Source of the DNA: Atractiella rhizophila
Lineage: Eukaryota
Direction: 5' to 3'
Length of the DNA stretch: 64,000 nt
Assembly: GCA_021432655.1 (NCBI GenBank)
Contig: MU271407.1
Location: 1 to 64,000 of the forward strand
Each line of letters opens with the position of its first letter. Position 1 is the stretch's first letter. The notes beneath the pieces were generated by a model. The model was not told the DNA's origin. It saw only the letters and a list, made by a program, of their open reading frames with translations, and searched no databases. Shown here in pieces: positions 1-10,991 of the stretch. A program made the translations under genes and the position numbers.

Positions 1-597
1 GAGCAAGCAGCAGATCTCATGGCAAAACATTATGACAGAAAACGCGCACCGGCGCCCGAATATCATATCGGCGATTTCGTCTGGTTGAGCGCGAAAAACA
101 TCAAATCAACGAGACCTGTCAAAAAGTTGGACGACAAATGGCATGGCCCTTTTCGCGTTTTGCAAGTTTTGGGTCCCCTCAACCTTAAACTCGAGTTGCC
201 ATCCTCATGGAAGATACATCCAGTGTTCCACGTGGGCCTAATACGAAAAGTCAACGAAGACGACATCCCTGGCAGGGTTCAGCTGCCCAAACCACCTCCA
301 GAATTGGTGAATGGAATTGAAGAATGGGAAGTAGAAAAAATGGTTGATGGGAAATGGTTCGGTACCCGAAATAGAGTTTTCAAATATGGCGTTCGATACA
401 AAGGGTATTCACCATCTGAAGACGAGTGGATCAACATCACAGATCTAGAAAATTCCCAGGATGCTATAAAAGACTATCACACTGCACACCCTCTCGCAGT
501 TCGTCCCGATTCCATACCGAACTCCGCAACAAATCGCCCAAATACGCGTTTTCGTAACCTTCGACGAAAACGCGCTGAAGGGTCTTCCTCACTTTAA
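1..597 (+). CDS. pol: Ty3/Gypsy (chromovirus) Pol C-terminus: Tf2-type SH3-like domain plus chromodomain; 5' part lies outside the window
   Basis: The frame is open from base 1. GDFVWLSAKNIKSTRPVKKLDDKWHGPFRV...IHPVFHVGLI matches the post-integrase GPY/F and SH3-like region. EEWEVEKMVD...YGVRYKGYSPSEDEW...L matches a chromodomain. Confidence 0.93.
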   Translation, partial: EQAADLMAKHYDRKRAPAPEYHIGDFVWLSAKNIKSTRPVKKLDDKWHGPFRVLQVLGPLNLKLELPSSWKIHPVFHVGLIRKVNEDDIPGRVQLPKPPPELVNGIEEWEVEKMVDGKWFGTRNRVFKYGVRYKGYSPSEDEWINITDLENSQDAIKDYHTAHPLAVRPDSIPNSATNRPNTRFRNLRRKRAEGSSSL

Positions 598-1030
598 GGG
601 GCCCAACACCCCTATATGCCTTGCCGGGTGAAATCCTAGTCTTTGATACTTAGGTCAAGGCAAGGCGCCGACTTGTTCCTCAACGGACAAGTCGGCGACT
701 TGGTCGTTGGTGAGCCCATTCGCCGCCCGTCAAAGACGAATGCTCATTGCGTTCTCGCACCATCGCCAATGTCGCATTCATGAAAATTGTCCTCAATCGC
801 GAGGTCCCCTCCCCCTCACTTTAAGAGGACCTACTCCTCTACACGCCTCGCTGGGTGAATCCCTAGTCACATTGTTGAACATAGGTCTAGGCGAGGCGCC
901 GGTCTGTTCCTCAACGGACAGATCGGCGACCGGTTTGTCGGTGAGTTACTCGCCCCATTTTCACAAACGGTTGCTTACTGCACCAAAAACAATACCGGTC
1001 AAACTTCAAAAACCCCTCAATTGCGAGGTA
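588..1030 (+). ncRNA. Two tandem ~227-nt copies of a structured RNA motif in the retrotransposon 3' region
   Basis: Units start CTCACTTTAAG at 588 and 815. Five homologous helices occur in the same order, with compensatory substitutions between copies (see findings). Confidence 0.65.
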
Positions 1031-1573
1031 CACAACGGCTTCCCCTCATCCTACACTCTGTTCTGGTTTTGATGATTATTGTCTCCTATTTTTGCTTTTA
1101 CCTTTGCTTCCCCATGCTTGATTGCTTGACAACACATTCTTCCACAAAGAAGGCAGACCGGCGACGAGCACGCAAATCGCCGACCCGTTATACTGCGCGT
1201 TGTGTCCACGAGCGCGTGGCCCAGGCCTGTTTGGTTGCGAGCTCCAAAATAAGCTTGGGTAGCTAGTGGGAGGAACGCCTGAGAGTCTTCCCCTAGACAG
1301 GGGAGTGTGAGTCCTGCATCACCCTCTTTGCCATTGTTCTCCCCACTCACTACAATCCTTTTTGCCACTACGACAAATTTACATCTGTCGCCGCCCGGCA
1401 ATTCGCCGCTAATACGGAGACGCAAAACGCATACATTTTAGAGATCAAAATCACCACTCTGGACTGACTCCTCACTATCGCTGCTGCTTGAAGAAGAAAC
1501 GGAATATGCATCATAATTGGAATTATCATAGGCCTCCTGGGCCAACGAAGGGTTTAAGTCGCCCAGTCGAAAC

Positions 1574-2800
1574 TCAATTTCGCCGATACGACACATTTTC
1601 TGCAACTGGCGATGGGTCAGGTGCCCTACGATGCCTAAACAACATCTAGATAGTCAGACAGATCGCCGAAAAACGGATGAACTCACCCTACCCGTCACAT
1701 CGGCGATCACACCTTCCACAGCCGAATCTTCACTAGCCTCATCCTCCGCGGCTCGATCATCCTGCCTCCTTTTATACAATTCCATCTGCAACTCAGCGGC
1801 CTTCAGAGCGTCCGCCGCCGCTTGTGCATTCAATTTAGCGGCAGCTAGCATGGTTTGCGCGAAGTCCAGGCTGAATGCCTCAGAGTACAACCGGGCGGCG
1901 CTCAGCAACGATTGCGAAGGAGAATCCTCGTCGACATCCGAAATGTTCTCGTAATTGCTTTCGATGAAAGCCGATGGACGTTTTTTCCCGTCGCCGATAC
2001 GTTTAGGATGGAATGAAGTCGACATTACGACTAGCATCGAGAGTTCCCGCAAATATCCCAATGGCAAAACCTCACACATTTTTCGCGAACTATGACAACG
2101 CGAACAGACCCGTCCGAACGCGGTTGCGACATACCCAGCAGAGAAATCGCACACCTGCGAGTCGTTGTCACCCTTGGCCTTCTTTTTCGCCGCTTTGACA
2201 GGTGCCGCTCGAACCTTTCCAGTACAATTGCTACAGCGCTGCGTCCCGATGCTTGCCAACGTGGGAAGAATGCGCGCATTCGCCCCGAATAAGAGTACGA
2301 CGCCGTTTGTAGTTAGACCCGCTCGACCTAGAGCTTAACCAATAGTGCTGAGGAGCNNNNNNNNNNNNNNNNNNNNNNNNNTCGCCGATTCGGAAGGCTG
2401 AAACCCAAGTTTCACTGCTTCCTCCTCGACGAGCGCCGCTTGTCCGACCCAAAGCCGGAGTTCATCCCGCAATGCCTGTAAGGCTTCCACAGGCATCCGC
2501 AGCGGAAACGACAGAACCCGACCATCACCAAACCCTCTTGCGGCCTCATAAGCTGTTCGCACCTTCCCACCGGCGACGGGTTACACAACCACAATATACG
2601 AGACACGAAAAGCTCACCTCTTCTTGCACCTCATCACAAAATTTGACATACAGAGGATAACACCTTTTCCCCCACTCCAGCACATCGGCAAATCGCCCAA
2701 AGTTCACCTCTTTCGCCTTTTCCACGTCCCAATAAACAGTGCTCTCCCTCCTATCTTTGTTCGCCAGAACGAAGTCGAAGAGTTGCGCGTCGGTTGACAT
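1574..2800 (-). CDS. Spliced antisense accessory gene of the retrotransposon with a six-Cys Zn-cluster-like motif
   Basis: ATG at 2800 (MSTDAQLFDFV). Candidate GT-AG introns at 2617-2563, across the N gap (acceptor ~2329) and at 1686-1646. The 201-aa ORF contains CSNC-x24-C-x14-CSRC-x6-C followed by an Ala/Glu-rich helix. Confidence 0.55.
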
Positions 2801-3761
2801 TTTTGCAAGGAAAGAAGATGAGGACGATGAGGGTAGAATTCTGGAAAAGGTTGCGCCCAAGCAAGCCGCAAACCTTAACCTTAAAATTCCGTGACGAGAA
2901 TTTTACACTATAAGGTCAGAAATTTGGAGTGGTGGTCGTTTGTGCAGGCTTGCTACCCTACGCTATTTGTTGGACCGAAGATATACCATGTCTGTGCAAT
3001 CAGCTTGTGACCTGACTTGCAGAAAACGCGCTAGGAACTCCGACAAAAATTGTGCCCACGAAAATCGTTCCGCATTTGCGACAAGTTCGCGCAAAATCCC
3101 AGCAGCGAAACTTCTCCGCATCTCACTCGAATCGCAGCTAAGAAAACCGTAAATACATTTTCGCCAGTCTGCACCGTCGCCATTATTGGCCTGGTTAACT
3201 GTTCACACGTGTACACCTAAATATAGCGTAAAAATGTCCGAGCTGTATTGGGTACTCCTTTGAAAATTGAAGGTGGGGCAAGTCTGATACCTGCATATAG
3301 CTGCAACTTGGACATGTTTGGGGTACAGAAGGAGAAGCGTAAGTCACAGGTGATGGGTCAGTTCGCCATAAAAAGGGGCAAATGGTCCCACTATCTATAC
3401 AGGGAGAGGTAGTGCTGGTAACCTCAGCAATTGTAAAATTCGGTCATTTTAGTGTTTTGGACCTCGCACCACAGTTACGCAATTTCGATCGCATATCGGC
3501 GAGGTTTCCGCATCATAGTTGGTTGAAGCTTCCTAACAAGTCAGGTGCGAGTCGTGGGAATAGCTGGTCAGGAGAAAGGCGTAGAGTTTGGAACATCCTA
3601 TTCTAAGTGCTGGATGCGTTCTACACTCGACGGCAGTTCGCGCGTTACCATGGAGCCACAAACTTCCGACATTATTTAAGGGGAGCAGTTCTGAAAAGGC
3701 AAAGAGAGCATTCTTCTATTACCGCCTCACACTATGTCCGGTCGCCGATAGGCGATGCGTC

Positions 3762-4213
3762 TGTAGTGGAAGGTGAAACCTAAGTGAATCGTATACCACC
3801 AGAAGACTAACCTGTAGTGGAGGCAAACCTAAGAGAATACTCTCAGGTCATCCACCACTACGTCCCAATGCAGCTATATACATATCCCAAAACACCTCCC
3901 AGAAACTCTAACAGAAGATCCTTGAAACATATAAGATACCTAGATCAGGAAAGCAATAAAGGGAACACTCGGAAATAACATATACTGAGCAGTACAAGTG
4001 AGAAAAGATAACAGGGCAATAATGGCGACGGTGCAGACCGGCGAAATGTATAAGGTTTGCTGAGCGGCGATTCGAGTGAGAGGAGAGAAGGCGGCGTTCA
4101 GCGCGAACGTGCGCAAAGCGGCGATGTGTAGGCACTTGATCCTACGATGTACTGAAGTAGGTCACGTGACTCCGAATGGTACATTTCGGAAATGCGTAGG
4201 GGCAAGCCTGACA
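3762..4213 (-). repeat. LTR (~452 bp, TG...CA termini), inverted relative to pol
   Basis: The minus strand starts TGTCAGGCTTGCCCCTACG and ends CCACTACA. It has an internal direct repeat of the terminus (TGTAGTGGA at 3762 and 3813) and is homologous to the noisy plus-strand copy at 2941-3320. Confidence 0.6.
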
Positions 4214-5059
4214 CCTATCCAGCATGATACAGATCCTCTAAATCCACCTCGTCATCCCCCTCTGCTTCCAACTCCTTCAACATGTCTTCCATCATATGGC
4301 ACAGAACACAAGGTCATCGCCATCAACCAGACCAAGCAACCGGTCGATTTCGGCTATGGAAAGTGAATGAGAAGGTGGCGGGTAGTCAATGGGCATTGAA
4401 TGGAGTGAAGGCGTCACTCGGAGGTCTTTGGGTATTGGACGGAGGTCTGGAGGTGGCGGAGGGATTGTGAAGTGTGGAGGATGAGGATGCTGTGATGGGG
4501 ACAAGGATGGCGACTTTGTCGCCACACACTTCTCACCAGTCTTCTTTGTTGCATGAGAGCCTTCGCATGGGGCAAGTTCCTTTGCAACAAGTATTTGCCG
4601 CTTTTCCTTTCGTTTTGCTTGGCGACCGGCTTGAAGCTTGAGGATTTTGGCTTTCTGAGATAGGGTTGGGTATCCTTTGCCCATCATAAATATGTTACTC
4701 AAAGGCAAGGGGTTCACAAAGCATGCAAAGTGGCTGACAAAGTTTCGTCACAAGGTTGCAAAAGGTGTTTTAGAGCCGATATCCGACCGCTAGAAGCCGT
4801 TCAGCCAAATTTAATCGGCTATATACGCGCCGAACAGGCTACTTTCAGCAATTTGCAAGCAATTCACAACTTTCTGAAATGTTCGGAATGTGATTTGAAA
4901 GTGCTCAGCAGGAAATCAAGTTATCAAAATTCTGTCTTACAGGTGCATCTTATAGGTGTCAATAAGCTATCTGTATGACAAATAGTGCATTGGAGCTTTT
5001 TTCACTACAGACTTTTTGTTGTGTATTTTAGGTTGGGACTAGGCATCCTGCACCATACT

Positions 5060-5961
5060 TAAATGACTCCATTGCATTGTAGTCCTGTTGTCATCTCATC
5101 TCAAACTCATACATTACTGCTGCAGATTGCAGTGAGTTTGACGAATATTTCGGACAAGCTATACTCACCAGGACCAGACCTACATTTTATTACACCCACC
5201 CAACATTTGACCGGAGGTCACTTCCTTTGCAGTGAAAACATGTGAGATAGAGGGAGAGTGCACAATAAAAATACGGACCAGAAACAGACTCTTTTAAGAC
5301 TGCATCAATCCAATGGCCATCAATAATGTTAAGATTCAATGAGATCCAGGAAGAACCCACCAAGCACAGCATCCTTCTCCTCCTCCCCTGTCCTGTTGCG
5401 GTTGCACATCTCCCTGCTGTGGCGATTGAGAAGTGGAACCATATCCTATGATATTCGGTTGCAGTCTGCGTCTTGCTATTCACATGAAAAACACGCACCT
5501 AAGCCTCCTCCTCTACCCCCACCCCGTTCAGGTTGCACATATGGCTGTTGTAGTAGTGGTGGAGACACATAATTATATTCTAGAAATACATGCTCCAGGT
5601 CTGCATCGTTACTGCCATAAAAGCAATAAAACACACACGGCCATGAGCTGCACCATAGGCTTGTATAACCTGGCCAGGTGGAGGGTAGTATCCTCCCTAG
5701 AACGATATGAGCAGTATCAACAAGGGTTGAGATGATAGTGCATTGGGTGAAGAGAGTCATCAAAATGAAACAAAAGTCCATCCTGTGGGAGAAAAAAGGA
5801 TCACATGCGGGGATATCTCCGCTTTCGCATCTCTGAAGAAGAGCACAGGAATTCCACTGCGGTGGTGAATGGAGGCTCACCTGAGGTGAACTGTATGGCT
5901 GTTGGCGAGGCTGAGGTTCTCCTACATACCCTCCCTGCTTGTAATAGTCTCGGTTGGACAT
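5060..5961 (-). CDS. Possible small Pro/Gln/Tyr/Gly-rich protein with a Cys-rich C-terminus (CYSTM-like), possibly degenerate
   Basis: Exon-like pieces MSNRDYYKQGGYVGEPQPRQQPYSSPQ (followed by GTGAGC), GGYYPPPGQ, QQPYVQPERGGGRGGGLGACF and PQQGDVQPQQDRGGGEGCCA. The full splice path and 3' end were not resolved. Confidence 0.35.
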
Positions 5962-7744
5962 AAATCTAAGTCTTGTTGCGTTCGAGCTGCTGTTTACATA
6001 GTCAATAACCGTTAGCATTGTGGTCCATATGACGAGCCAGGAAGGCTTACTTGGATATTTGCCTTCACTGGAGCGCTGAAAAAGCAAATTGATGAGGAAA
6101 GGGAAACGAGGATGGTTGTTTGTGGGTGATACGACATTTGGAACTCATTTGGGCAGCAAACCATCATGAACGGACGGTTCCAGGAAACATGGCTTGAAAG
6201 TTGAGCTTCTTGCCCAGATTTCTCTCCACCTTTCGTGCAAAACTGTTCAACCTGAAAGACTAATGCTTCAAAAAGGGAGGTATTTCAGTGATGAGATTGG
6301 GAGGGGAGATAGAGCCGTCCAACAAAGAGGGTCTACTGGAGACAGAAGAGGGAAGGAGAACGATACGAGAACGGTATCGATTGTTGATTAGGAGGAGAAG
6401 CTAACTCCCTCAATGCTGCCCCACACGAGAGTTCGCACGTCACGACTTGGACGCCTTCCGCTCCTTCTGACAACCACAACCACATCTGCTCCTCTCTGTT
6501 TATCTCTGTTTATATTGCCTCACAACTTCCACATCTACCGCTGTCCGTTCCCCGCTCACGATAAGCAGCACTTTCTGGTGTTGAGGAGGCACCAATGCAT
6601 GTCCTGTCGCAGAGATGGGTGACAACGGTGATGTGTGCACGAGCAGGAAGATGCCGAATATTACCGTGGAGCGAGGTAGCTCATCGGAGTCAGGGCAAGG
6701 GCGAGGGATAAGGTACAAAGATGAGCAGGATTGTGAAGTACTGCAAGAAGGTGATGTAGATCCCGAAGGAGAGGAGGCGGGAGCGAAGGAATGACCTTGA
6801 GACAGCGGAGAGTTGAGGAGACTTATCCCTCAGACCGTTGACTTTTTTTGCTGTCGAGATACTGTATTGGTACGTTGGAGTTGAGCGAAAGCAATCGACG
6901 CGACGTGTACTATACAGTCAAGCAGATGGCGCGCGTTAGATAAAAGCTCGAAAACGACATGCATCAGTGTTGTCACATGGTAATGGCATAGATGGATGAA
7001 AGGATTCCTTCACGGGACGAATGGTCTACCATAGTCCCTATCTTCTCGTAGGATGTCTCAACTAATCTCTTCAAAACGACCTAGGATAAGTTGAGTTATG
7101 CTCAATCGAAAAACATAACCTCTCAGCTTCATTCAAGTTGCTTATCTCTCATTGCTACCTGGTCTATTTCACTCCAGCTCCCCGGCTTCAAGTTTTCTCT
7201 CGAAAGCGAGAGCTCACGAACATGTAGTAGATAGGTAGTAGTAAAAGTGACGGCAATCTTTGGAGTTGCAGTCTCTTAACCAGAAAAAGGGAGGAGGCAG
7301 CAGCAGGAGTCTGTTGCAACACCCTGCATGTTCCCTCCTTTGACAAAAAAATACCATTGCCCTCCCACCGCTTCAGCTTCAGCCCTGGTTCAAGCATCCT
7401 CTGCCACCTCATGAGCAAATGGCAAAATGACATGGTCGAGGACCTATGCTTTCAACTGAGACGAATTGGAGGGATGTGGAGCGGCCAGATCGGGCAGGAA
7501 ACGGGAAGTGGAGGAAAGTGACAGAGCAGTCCAAGTTCTTCCCGCGCGCATGGACTCATGGGCTGCTGTCGTGGAGTCGGGGAGCGGTCGAAAGCGGAGA
7601 GACAGTATTGAGTGGGAATGTCTCAAATTATATCTTTTCCCAAGACAAACCAAGATGGATGCGCAACGAATGATGGGTATAATTCACATGTGCATTACCT
7701 GGGCATAAACGTAGCAAAAGTACAACCAAACAAAGTGTTCTCCG

Positions 7745-10463
7745 TCATACATCGTCCCCTCCATTCCGCCATATGATTTCTATTCGCTCCTCCTCAGCGC
7801 CGGATCCCTCATGTATGAGCCTCCACCAATCCCCACCGATGTCCTGAACGCCCCTCAGATAATATGTCTTCTTCTCGATGCCCTCGATTAACCCTCTCCG
7901 CAGAGAGTAGGCAATACCTTCGGTCGCCCATGTTGTTTCCTGTACCCGGGTCGAACGTCGTTAGCCGTGAAAGTATGAGCAGAGGAGGGAGCGGTACTAA
8001 CAAGCTTCGAAAAGTCCTCATCCGATAACCCACGTCCGGAATACACAGTGACTGAGTACCCAAGAACAACCACAACCTTGTGACGTCGAAGCGTCTCTGT
8101 GCTCTCGGCAATCGTTTCTGAGAGTCCCCAATCGGCAGGAGGAGGGGGTAAGAGGTCTTCGGTATCCTTCTTCGCGCGTTTGCGCAGATCATGTCCCGTT
8201 TGTTCCTTCTCCTTCTCCTTCTCCTTCACCACTTTTTTGTCTCCTTCTGGCACTGCGGCTTCTAAAAGTGGCAGCTTCCCTCCCTGCTGATCGTCCAGAT
8301 TTAATTTCTCCTTTACCTCCTCCTTGCCGTGATCGACTTTGGGCTCGACTTCTTCCTTTTTCGAATCGGAGCTCTTCTTCGCGTCCGCGAACTGCTTCAA
8401 CCGATTTTCGATCCACTCCATCTCCATCTCCTTCTCCTCCCTCTCCGCTCCTTCTGACTCGCCCACGGTCGCTTTTAGATTTTTCAACCTCTTCTCCCAC
8501 CATTCTTTCTCGAATTCATCGTCCTCAGCCTTCTGCTTCGCAGCATCAATCTAAAGTGCAAAGTCTAATCAATATCACCTCGAAGAGTTTTGTTCGGTGG
8601 ACTAACCTTAGCCTGCTCGAAAGCGGCGGCTTTCGCCTTCTCCTCCTCCAACTTGCGCCAATGTCCAGCTTCCAACTCCTTCCTCCGCCTCTCAATCTCT
8701 TCCGGTCGCATCTCCTTCCCGCTCTCCTTGTCCCGCACCATCCGCTCTTCAGCGGAAGAGGACTCGAGGATGAACCGCCTTCCAAAGTTGCCTCCCCCCA
8801 AAGCGTCCATCGCGCTCTTGATCCTGAAGTTCTCTTCCTCCTTCGACAGTCCAAGGGACAGAGGGAACAGCCAATTGCTATGCCTATCATTCAGTATGGC
8901 TCGTAGAAGGAAACAAGGATGGGTAATGAGACGAACCCTGTGCGGTGAAAAGAAGCGAATCGCAGCCCGCTCTGGATGAACCCGCTGGCATCGCCTTCCA
9001 TCCTGGTAGGATGGAATGCAGGGTCGTACGTCGTAATCTCATGGTTATGTTGTGCCATGATGAGGGCCGCACAGCGACTGAGAAGATCGTCGCCAGTTTT
9101 GGTGGGAAAGTCGATCTCGCAAGTTTCCCCTGTATTTCATTTCAGTGAGAGGGGAGTTGGTGAGAGGACATGACGACGGACATGAGTTGTGCGAGTTTAA
9201 CTTCAACATCAAACTTTTGCTGATGGCTATTCCCGCCCCGGCGTACGCTATCCGACCTTTGCTCGCGAACTGAATAGCCTCTCAGTCTTGTGGGAAGAGA
9301 GAAAAGTGGAAGCGCATACGTCAATCTCGCTCTCCGTAATACCACCCAGCACCCAATCACGTTCCGAATCATAACCACTGAGTGTCGCATAAAGACCCGT
9401 CAGATCGGGGAAGTAAGTATCTTCCTCCCTGCATAAGGATGATCAGGTACGCAGTGACTTGAGAGGAAATGTACGGACATGAAGATGTACCACTCCCTCT
9501 CGGGATCCACGGCCCACATCTCCTTCGCCAATCTAAAGAACCGCATCGCCTCGCTCTCGTGCTCCCATCCCACAACCCTCACATTCGAAGGCAGAGGCTG
9601 ACCCAACACTACCTTCTCGAGCGACGGATGCTGAAACACGGTGTGGTTGTGTCCTGTGAGGATGACGAGCAGCTCCTTGTCTTTCGGATGGGCTGGACGC
9701 TTGTACGCCTTCTTCCACTCCGGCGCGAGGTCGAGGGGACGACTATCATCGATCCTGAGCTCCTGAGCGTGTCGTAGGATCTCGATCTCGCTCAACTGGT
9801 CCTTCGGCGTCGCAGGGGCACGAGGGAACCAACCGTAGCCTCCACGTCGGGAGAAGGCTTGGAGGACACGGGACTTGGTGCTCGTGAAGCCGAACACCAC
9901 GCCGCCCGGAGTCAGGTCGAAGGGTCGTACTCTCGCGGTTCCTCGACGGGGTTGATGCCGTAACCCCAGGCGGTCGGTGGTCGAGCGGATTCGCTCTTGA
10001 TGGTGAAATGTGGTCCGGGATCGGAAGGGACGAGGTAGATGTTGGGGACTTGCTCCTTTCGACTGAAGCCGCGGGTGTTGATGTCGAGTGCGAGGAACGA
10101 GTTTGTTTCGTCTTCTGGAGGGAGGGAGGAGGAGGCGTGCTTGTGGTAGTGCATCCGCGCCTCAGCCGATAGCAGATGTGTCCTATCGTTCGGCCGTCCG
10201 CTTGCGAAGGTCTGTGTGCGGTCTCCGATGAGGAGGACTGTGGGCACTTTTGTGGTTTTTGAGGCTCGAATTAGGGAAAGGTAGCCTGGTCCCATGAGGA
10301 CAGGAGCGGAGGACAGGCCGAAGGACGGGAGGGAGGAGAGGGTCGATGGGCGGGAGTAGGAGAGAAGGAGGACGGTGACGACGAGCAGGAGAAGGGAGAA
10401 GAAGGCGCGACGTGTCGGACGAGGCGGAAGAGGCACGTGAAGGGGGAGGATGGAGGTGGTCAT
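7745..10463 (-). CDS. Fringe-like glycosyltransferase family 31 protein (type II membrane), multi-exon, with one apparent frameshift
   Basis: N-terminal TM segment. The spliced translation gives VVFGFTST..RFFRLAKEMW..EWYIFMEEDTYF..YDSERDWVLGGITES..AYAGAGIAISKSL..GDDLLSRC..GDASGFIQSG..VVVLGYSVTVY..IEKKTYYL, collinear with fungal GT31 motifs. Confidence 0.8.
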
Positions 10464-10991
10464 TATGACCTGCTTTTGTTTTGCGGTTACTTTCGACTAG
10501 GATGCTGTTTTACGATGAAATAGTATAGCCGTTTCCTGAACTTGTTCTCCTAGTTAGAATAAGGATGAGCTAAAACCAAGTGGAAGAGGGAACTCACCTA
10601 ACTTGTCCTTGCCGCTGACTTCGTCGTACTCGTGAAGGAATATGAACACGTCGCCAAAGCGGAAAAGACGTTTTATACAACCCGCTGAGGATAGCTTGGA
10701 ATTTGCTGGCTGAAGCTGTGCGAGAACCGCTCCACCGCTTTGCAGTGCGACTTCCCTTCGTGCAAACGCCCAGAACCTTGCTCTTACTTCCGTAATCTTG
10801 AGTGTCACACTAAGGTTGATCTTAGCTCCGGCTACTGAGTCTCCCATGTGTCCGGCTAATTCTCTCCACAAAACCGCCAGCCGGGGACTTTCACTCTTCC
10901 CTTCCTGCTTTATCAAGAAGTTCCTCCTCGCCACTCAGCACTCCATATCGCCCACTCAGCCCTTATCTGACGCCTTATACACCGAGTACAA

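Larger units (their letters stand above)
1..3320 (+). mobile_element. 3' part of a Ty3/Gypsy chromovirus LTR retrotransposon with a ~2.3-kb post-pol region
   Basis: pol ends at 597. A degenerate polypurine-tract-like GGAGTGGTGG (~2926-2935) precedes TGTGCAGGCTTGCTACCCTACG at 2941, which resembles the LTR start at 4213 on the minus strand. Assembly gap at 2357-2381. The right boundary is approximate. Confidence 0.7.

Noticed and set aside
6860..6918. Imperfect inverted repeat ACTGTATTGGTAC/GTACTATACAGT
   Set aside because: A short single instance with no target-site duplication or second copy in the window.
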